Below are positions 55,523 to 60,515 of a DNA stretch of 60,515 bases, piece by piece; positions within the stretch are counted from its first letter, which is position 1; the number at the start of each line of letters is the position of its first letter. This DNA is from a virus (Duplodnaviria > Heunggongvirae > Uroviricota > Caudoviricetes). The stretch is taken from positions 86,542 to 147,056 of IMG/VR virus record IMGVR_UViG_3300033463_000022. One strand, given 5' to 3'. The notes under the pieces are model-generated. The model was not told the DNA's origin. It saw only the letters and a program-made list of their open reading frames with translations, and did not search any database. A program made the position numbers and the translations under genes.

Positions 55523-55720
55523 ATGAAGATTATCGATTGGGATGATAAAATCGCTTCCCTTGAAAATGTCCGTGACGTTGTCGCTCTCACAAGCTGTAAA
55601 GACGGCTACACCATCAGAATCAATTACATGGACAACAACTTTACATGTTTCCTCAACTTGTCGCTTACTGCCAAAAATGTGTTGATGAACGACATTAAGC
55701 GAATTCTTGAAAAAGCTTGA
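55523..55720 (+). CDS. Early hypothetical protein (65 aa)
   Basis: Coupled to the preceding gene. Confidence 0.7.
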   Translation: MKIIDWDDKIASLENVRDVVALTSCKDGYTIRINYMDNNFTCFLNLSLTAKNVLMNDIKRILEKA

Positions 55721-55776
55721 CAAGCGCCCTCAAGTGTGCTATAATAAGACCATCAAGAGAAAAGGAGATTACAGCC

Positions 55777-56013
55777 ATGATGACTTCGATTAAGACCAAG
55801 AACGGTAACGTCCCCATCAACATGACCCACGGTTTTGACTGCGTGGTTCGCGGTCAGATTGTTCAGAACTTCCGTTCCTATGAAGCCGCTCGTACCTATC
55901 AGCGGATTCATAACGCGCAGGCGGACGCTATCGCCAAAGACAACATTGGCAAGCCCAAGGACGAGCGCAAGTCTGTCCCCGCGTCCTGCTCTATCCTCTA
56001 CTATACCGTCTGA
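55777..56013 (+). CDS. Early hypothetical protein (78 aa)
   Basis: Own promoter 55717-55745, AAGGAG RBS. Confidence 0.75.
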   Translation: MMTSIKTKNGNVPINMTHGFDCVVRGQIVQNFRSYEAARTYQRIHNAQADAIAKDNIGKPKDERKSVPASCSILYYTV

Positions 56014-56339
56014 AAAGACGCGTACAAGCCGCCCCTGTTTTCATGGGGCAGGGGCGGCTCTCCTTTCCCAAACTATCGGGGCAAGGGTTGGCTCACGCAT
56101 GGCCGTGCGTGCTTGCTCCGTTTTGAATAACCGCCTTGTTGAGCTAGCCGCGACAAGGCGGCATTTTAACAAGAGAAGAAAGTGTTATGTAAACTTGCGG
56201 CCGGTCGCCCGCCCGGGCGGTTGGCAAGATGACTAGTTTTTCTAACCTCGCGTCCGCAAGTTTTTGGTTATTTTGACTATTGACTTTTCTCTCTTGTTGT
56301 AGTATTATTAAGATACAAAAAGAAAAGGAAGGTTGAGCC

Positions 56340-56714
56340 ATGACTACTAAAACCGTTTACGTTGCTTTTGATGGCAAGCAGTTCAACACTGAGAATGAGT
56401 GTCGCGAGTACGAGAAAAGAGGTATGATTCCCAAAGGTGTCACCGTCTTCGATGCAGATTTTAAACGTACAGTAGACCCTTACAAGGCAATTTTCATCGT
56501 GGTAGACCACGAGCTAAAAGAAGATGAAAATGCTCTCTTCCTCAATTGGATTAACTCTGCTAGCGCAACAGACGAGCCTGAGGATGATTTTTTCGAGACG
56601 GGTGTTCATGCTTGGGATTATTACCGCGAAAGCTACATTCATTTTCCGTATGAAAAATTCGACATCTTCAGAAAGCTTTTTAACCTTGGAGAAAAAATAA
56701 TTAGGGACTGCTAA
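56340..56714 (+). CDS. Early hypothetical protein (124 aa)
   Basis: YVAFDGKQFNTENECREYE N-terminal motif; own promoter 56280-56308. Confidence 0.8.
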   Translation: MTTKTVYVAFDGKQFNTENECREYEKRGMIPKGVTVFDADFKRTVDPYKAIFIVVDHELKEDENALFLNWINSASATDEPEDDFFETGVHAWDYYRESYIHFPYEKFDIFRKLFNLGEKIIRDC

Positions 56715-56795
56715 TTAGCAGTCCCTTTGACATTTAAAAAATTTTATTCTATAATAATAACAGAAAATTAAAGAAAGGAAAGCTGACGAGTGCGG

Positions 56796-56906
56796 ATGCT
56801 GATTAGATTCCTCACTACCATGCTAAAGCGCGATTGCCTAAGGGCCCGGAGCTGCGATAAATGTCCGGTGCGCTAGTACTGCGGAAAACTTCCGAGTGAA
56901 TGGTAA
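56796..56906 (+). CDS. Cys-rich microprotein (36 aa) with one in-frame TAG
   Basis: MLIRFLTTMLKRDCLRARSCDKCPVR-Q-YCGKLPSEW-TAA; downstream of promoter 56727-56755; RBS spacing is imperfect. Confidence 0.55.
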
Positions 56907-56969
56907 CTAGAGGTCGGCCGTCGAACGGCCGTTTCCCGCGCGCTTAGGTCAGTAGAAATTTTAATCGAC

Positions 56970-57209
56970 ATGACACCGCTTGATGCAACACGCAAATTGG
57001 ATACACTTGGAAGAATTGTTATTCCCAAAGACTTGCGCGAAGAATTTCACCTAATCCAGGGACGCCCCTACAAATTCTTCCTGCATGAGGAAGATGGACA
57101 CCAGTACCTATGTATTCAATGCCCGGGCCCGAACAGTGACGAGCTGAACAAGGCACGCCAGATGTTGGAGGATGCTGGATACTTTGTCACAGCCGAGGAC
57201 GAATTGTAA
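56970..57209 (+). CDS. AbrB/SpoVT-like DNA-binding protein
   Basis: TRKLDTLGRIVIPKDLRE swapped-hairpin motif. Confidence 0.85.
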   Translation: MTPLDATRKLDTLGRIVIPKDLREEFHLIQGRPYKFFLHEEDGHQYLCIQCPGPNSDELNKARQMLEDAGYFVTAEDEL

Positions 57210-57299
57210 CCCGGGCGTTCGTCAAAATAGACAACTCAAATCCTTGAATTTTGTGCACCTTGCCTATTGCAATCCTACAGGCAAGGTGTTATACTATAA

Positions 57300-57545
57300 T
57301 TGTTCCGAGGGAATGAAACCAGAAGAGGTTGAGCGAGCTTGGGCTTGGTTCAGATGGTGCGCAACATCGGCAACAGTCCCAACCGCCAATCAGCAAAACT
57401 ATGGGGCGCCTTCTCCTTGGATTACAACTGAATAAAGGGCAGGTACGCCGTAGCTACCCACTGCTCGCAAAGGTAGCCGTCACCGCTGACGCGAGTATTG
57501 TGTAAAGTGTGGCGGTCGAAGCCGAGGGTCGCTCCCTCGGCTTTC
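57300..57545 (+). ncRNA. Candidate structured small RNA
   Basis: Own promoter 57267-57295 and terminator 57519-57543; no RBS-led ORF; two hairpins with complementary loops. Confidence 0.4.
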
Positions 57546-57666
57546 GGTATTTCTACGGTTAGTCTAGGCTAACCGCCCGGGCGCCGCAATTTTTGTGCAA
57601 CTTGACTATTGACTTCTGTCTTTTATTATGGTATTATAAGAGTACAAAAAGAAAGGAGATAACACT

Positions 57667-57933
57667 ATGAAAGCACTTGGTATTGTGCGCCGCATCGACG
57701 ACCTCGGGCGTATCGTAATCCCCAAAGAAATCCGCCGCAACCTCCACATTAACGAGGGCGACTCAATGGAGTTTTTCGTGCAGGACGGCGACCTCGTTCT
57801 TCACCCGCTGGAAGCGGTTGTCCTGTCGCACAAACTGCGCGACCTCGCGGACGAGTTTGATTACAATTCGCTCTACGCTATCGCAAGCAAACTGCGTGTA
57901 ATGGCAAGAGAGATGGAGGAGGAGCGCGAGTAA
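57667..57933 (+). CDS. AbrB/SpoVT-like DNA-binding protein
   Basis: MKALGIVRRIDDLGRIVIPKEIRRNLHINEGDSMEFFV, very close to the AbrB/SpoVT N-terminal consensus. Confidence 0.92.
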   Translation: MKALGIVRRIDDLGRIVIPKEIRRNLHINEGDSMEFFVQDGDLVLHPLEAVVLSHKLRDLADEFDYNSLYAIASKLRVMAREMEEERE

Positions 57934-58070
57934 AGGGGAAGCCCTTTACTTCGCCCGGGCGCCCGTCAAAATAGCCAAACAAGAGGAAGAAAGATTGTGC
58001 AAATTACCAAATTGACAATTTTAATTAAAGATGTTATTATAAGAGTACAAAAGGAAAGGAGATACAGACC

Positions 58071-58523
58071 ATGAACTACAGAACAATTAACCTTGACATG
58101 GACGGTACGATTGCCAATCTCTACGCGGTGGACAACTGGCTTCCCAAACTCCGTGCCTACGATGCCGCGCCGTATGCCGAAGCTGTCCCAATGGTGAGAA
58201 TGTCCACGCTTGCGCGGTATCTAAACAAAGCGCGGCGCATGGGCTACACTGTCAACATCATTTCGTGGCTGTCCAAAGAACCGAATCCCACGTTTGATGA
58301 AGCGGTCACACAGGCGAAAATCGACTGGCTCAAAAAGCATCTTCCCTCGGTCGATTTCGACAACATCTTCATCGTCCCCTATGGCACGCCGAAAGCCTCC
58401 CTTGCAAGCGGGATTCTGTTTGACGATGAAAAGCCCAACAGACAGAGCTGGGCGGCAGAAAATGACGCAAACATGGCGTTTGATGCTGATAAACTGCTTG
58501 AGATTCTGCGGAATCTGCTGTAA
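58071..58523 (+). CDS. HAD-superfamily 5'(3')-deoxyribonucleotidase-like protein
   Basis: LDMDGTIANLY motif I; K..WL..H; GILFDDE motif IV. Confidence 0.82.
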   Translation: MNYRTINLDMDGTIANLYAVDNWLPKLRAYDAAPYAEAVPMVRMSTLARYLNKARRMGYTVNIISWLSKEPNPTFDEAVTQAKIDWLKKHLPSVDFDNIFIVPYGTPKASLASGILFDDEKPNRQSWAAENDANMAFDADKLLEILRNLL

Positions 58524-58679
58524 ACAAGAGGAAAGGAAATAGACCTAGGGAACGTGCGGCGACCCTAGGTCTCTCGCCCGGGCGACCTTGGTTAAAGTAA
58601 CTAAAAGGCGTGCGGCCGCACGTATCAAATTTGTGCAAAATACCATCTTGCAATTCTGCGAAAATCTGCTATAATAATA

Positions 58680-58791
58680 ATTGTCAAGAGGGAGTGAGAC
58701 CCCGTGGGCTGGGCTAATGGTATGTAATGTCCCACAGTTGTAGTCCGAGGCGCCAGGATGAAAAAAAAGACCAAAATTCCCTCTTGACAAT
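58680..58791 (+). ncRNA. Candidate small RNA closed by a 14-bp terminal stem
   Basis: Promoter 58648-58675; ATTGTCAAGAGGGA...TCCCTCTTGACAAT perfect inverted repeat; no ORF. Confidence 0.35.
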
Positions 58792-58860
58792 CCTCGCGAC
58801 CTATGTTATAATAGGTACATAAAGACAAGGCTAGTCTAAAAAACCAGAAAGGATTTGATT

Positions 58861-59262
58861 ATGGCTACTACTGATTCCAAGACCCCGCGCATCACTAAGG
58901 CTCAGCGTTTCGCTGACATTAAGGCTCTGCTGACTGGCGATACCGTCACCAACGGCACGACTGTCGATGAAGCTCTGTCGGTTCTCGACCATGAGATTGA
59001 GCTTCTCTCCCGCAAGAACACTTCGGTCGATAAGCGCAAGGCTGAGGCTGATGCCCAGAATGCCGCGTTCAAGGCTTCGATCGTTGACTTTCTTGCGGGC
59101 GTCGATGGCGATGGCATGACCTGTACGGATATCGGCAAGTCTATCCCCGCGCTGGCTGACTTCAACACCAGCAAGATGTCCTCCCTCTGCAACGCCCTCG
59201 TCAAGGACGGCGCACTCGTCAAGGCTACGGTCAAGGGCAAGACCCTGTTCCGCCTTGCGTGA
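58861..59262 (+). CDS. Early protein with C-terminal winged-helix-like domain
   Basis: MTCTDIG...TSKMSSLCNALVKDG...KGKTLF; own promoter 58784-58812. Confidence 0.78.
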   Translation: MATTDSKTPRITKAQRFADIKALLTGDTVTNGTTVDEALSVLDHEIELLSRKNTSVDKRKAEADAQNAAFKASIVDFLAGVDGDGMTCTDIGKSIPALADFNTSKMSSLCNALVKDGALVKATVKGKTLFRLA

Positions 59263-59419
59263 CCCGCGGGGCGCGGTAGAAATGCCGCGCCCCTTGCCTT
59301 TGTCGGCGTGTTAGCTAAGGCTAACCGCCCGGGCGCCCGCAAATTTGTGCAAAATGCCAACTTGACACGGCTGTGATGATGTGGTATCATTAAGATACAA
59401 AAGGAAAGGAGATACGAAC

Positions 59420-59629
59420 ATGGACGAGGAAATGATTCAGCTGCTGCGCAAAATCTGTCGTGCACGGTATGAGTATTACGATAAAAAGGCAAAAGAACTC
59501 AAGGAAGATAACCCCGTTCAGCGCATGATGTATCTGACCTCTGCCTGCGACTACGAAACGATGGAGCTGATGCTCTACTACGCAGAGAGGGGCAAATACG
59601 AGGCACTCAAAGAATTCGACTATTTCTAA
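59420..59629 (+). CDS. Early hypothetical protein (69 aa)
   Basis: Own promoter 59362-59390, AAGGAG RBS. Confidence 0.78.
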   Translation: MDEEMIQLLRKICRARYEYYDKKAKELKEDNPVQRMMYLTSACDYETMELMLYYAERGKYEALKEFDYF

Positions 59630-59776
59630 CTGCGGGCGCGGGTAACTCCCCGCGTTTCGCCCGGGCGTCTGGCAAAATGCACAAAGCGGCCGCCGCAAGT
59701 TTGGCTATTTTAACTATTGACTTCTTACTGTTGTTGGATTATAATTAGAGTACAAAAAGAAAAGGAGATTCAAGCC

Positions 59777-60100
59777 ATGAAATTTGAGCCTAAAATCAGC
59801 GGCACTAGCGTTACGGACTACGGCAAAATCAAAGTCTTTCCCCATCTGCTTGACCAGATTGTGACCCTGTTTGACATTAACAAACTGACGAATCAGCGCG
59901 CCGTGCAGTTTATTCTCGATGCTTACAATATGGTACCGCTTAACGCAGACCATGCCGAGGGGTGCAACTGGGGCGCGATTATGTCCTATGACGACATTCT
60001 CAAAGTGTCGATTTTGGAAAATCACCCTGACCTCGAAGCGGAGCTTCAGGATTATTTCGGGGTTAACTGGCTGAAACAGTACATCCGATTCAACCATTAA
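59777..60100 (+). CDS. Early hypothetical protein (107 aa)
   Basis: Own promoter 59717-59745, AAGGAG RBS. Confidence 0.78.
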   Translation: MKFEPKISGTSVTDYGKIKVFPHLLDQIVTLFDINKLTNQRAVQFILDAYNMVPLNADHAEGCNWGAIMSYDDILKVSILENHPDLEAELQDYFGVNWLKQYIRFNH

Positions 60101-60118
60101 AGAAAGGGGGAATATAAA

Positions 60119-60322
60119 ATGGTGACCAAGCAGGTTCGATTCCGCGATAAAGCTAACGACCAGACCCTCGGAGGTATCCTCATTCAGAGCGGCGTGGTGG
60201 ACTACATCATCTGCGGCTGTTGCGGCGGGGTGATTGAAACTGATGACCCCGACATTGAGATTGAGGAAATTTATCGTAACTGGAGCGACATTAGCGAGTG
60301 CATCATCGGCGAGGAGGACTGA
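60119..60322 (+). CDS. Small Cys-containing hypothetical protein
   Basis: AAGGGG RBS; ICGCCGG. Confidence 0.75.
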   Translation: MVTKQVRFRDKANDQTLGGILIQSGVVDYIICGCCGGVIETDDPDIEIEEIYRNWSDISECIIGEED

Positions 60323-60449
60323 CGCCCTTTCGCCCGGGCGGCCGGCATTTTGCACAAAGAGCGCCCGCAATCTTTGTGCAAAATGCCATCTTGCTTTTCT
60401 TCTCTTGTTGTGGTAAGATTAAATTAACAAATGAGAGGAGCAATAACCT

Positions 60450-60515
60450 ATGTATGCAATAATGCTTGATACTGAAACTACGAACGACCTTGAGTCGCCC
60501 ATGATGTACGATTGC
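60450..60515 (+). CDS. DEDD 3'-5' exonuclease-like protein, truncated by window end
   Basis: MYAIMLDTETT ExoI motif; GAGGAG RBS; promoter 60391-60419. Confidence 0.6.
   Translation, partial: MYAIMLDTETTNDLESPMMYDC

Larger units (their letters stand above)
55289..60340. repeat. Intergenic palindrome CGCCCGGGCG, 8 perfect + 1 partial copies
   Basis: 55289, 56210, 57574, 57952, 58575, 59326, 59658, 60331; partial at 57210. Confidence 0.9.
52134..60419 (+). promoter_or_regulatory. Array of 17 sigma-A-like early promoters
   Basis: -35 starts at 52134, 53203, 53863, 54365, 54746, 55349, 55717, 56280, 56727, 57267, 57609, 58012, 58648, 58784, 59362, 59717, 60391; TTGnnn-N17 (one N16)-TAnnnT. Confidence 0.85.

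Noticed and set aside
57172-57435. 87-aa track ORF and its internal 40-aa MKPEEVE ORF
   Set aside because: The long form spans a promoter and intergenic palindrome; the short form has its purine tract abutting the ATG. Treated as probable ncRNA, though translation is not excluded.
55289-60340. CRISPR array or integron attC array suggested by recurring CGCCCGGGCG
   Set aside because: The repeat is only 10 bp, spacing is 380-1000 bp and contains whole genes with their own promoters, and no cas or integrase gene is in the window.
51989-60370. Long minus-strand ORFs 51989-52924, 54774-55313, 58902-59492, 59714-60370
   Set aside because: They overlap plus-strand genes that have clear promoters and RBSs; no independent signals.
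1-60515. Suppressor tRNA(CUA), other tRNAs, or tRNA-linked theta (HDV-like) ribozymes
   Set aside because: No cloverleaf with a T-loop GTTCRA was found by eye. The CTGCTCGC near 57462 resembles an HDV L3 loop but lacks the flanking P3 pairing. These elements may lie outside the window; tRNAscan-SE/Infernal would be decisive.

Overview
This window is about 60 kb of a large, long-tailed dsDNA bacteriophage, most likely infecting a gut Firmicutes (Clostridia-like) host. The host call rests on AGGAGG RBSs, sigma-A-type promoters, AbrB/SpoVT-like genes and a CHAP endolysin. The key to the window is that late genes use a recoded genetic code in which TAG is read as a sense codon, best fit Gln. The standard-code ORF track therefore shatters about 44 kb of structural and lysis genes into fragments. 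Reading TAG as Gln joins them, in frame, into full genes that end in TAA or TGA. Layout: (i) 1-4.8 kb (+) nucleotide metabolism (nrdD, nrdG, dut), TAG-free up to the end of dut; (ii) 4.8-11.2 kb RuvC-like resolvase and lysis genes, with an inverted six-gene operon of unknown function inserted among them; (iii) 11.2-49.2 kb (-) virion morphogenesis: regulator, TerS-like, TerL, portal, protease/scaffold, capsid, neck, major tail protein with a -1 frameshift extension, 2897-aa tape measure, tail tip and fibres; (iv) 49.3-60.5 kb (+) early region, almost TAG-free. The early region carries NADAR, Pth2 and an array of short genes built as repeated promoter-RBS-ORF-hairpin-CGCCCGGGCG cassettes, with 17 sigma-A-like promoters in about 8.3 kb. 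The most novel-looking items are a bipartite GRCAA-N24-TTTT motif upstream of the recoded late units, the cassette array with a fixed-position TTGTGCAA site, the orphan six-gene operon, two related candidate small RNAs, and genes whose products depend on the code state. No suppressor tRNA, CRISPR array or intron was seen. All family assignments are from motif recognition by eye and synteny; no database search was run. Long joined genes were checked by frame arithmetic and partial manual translation.
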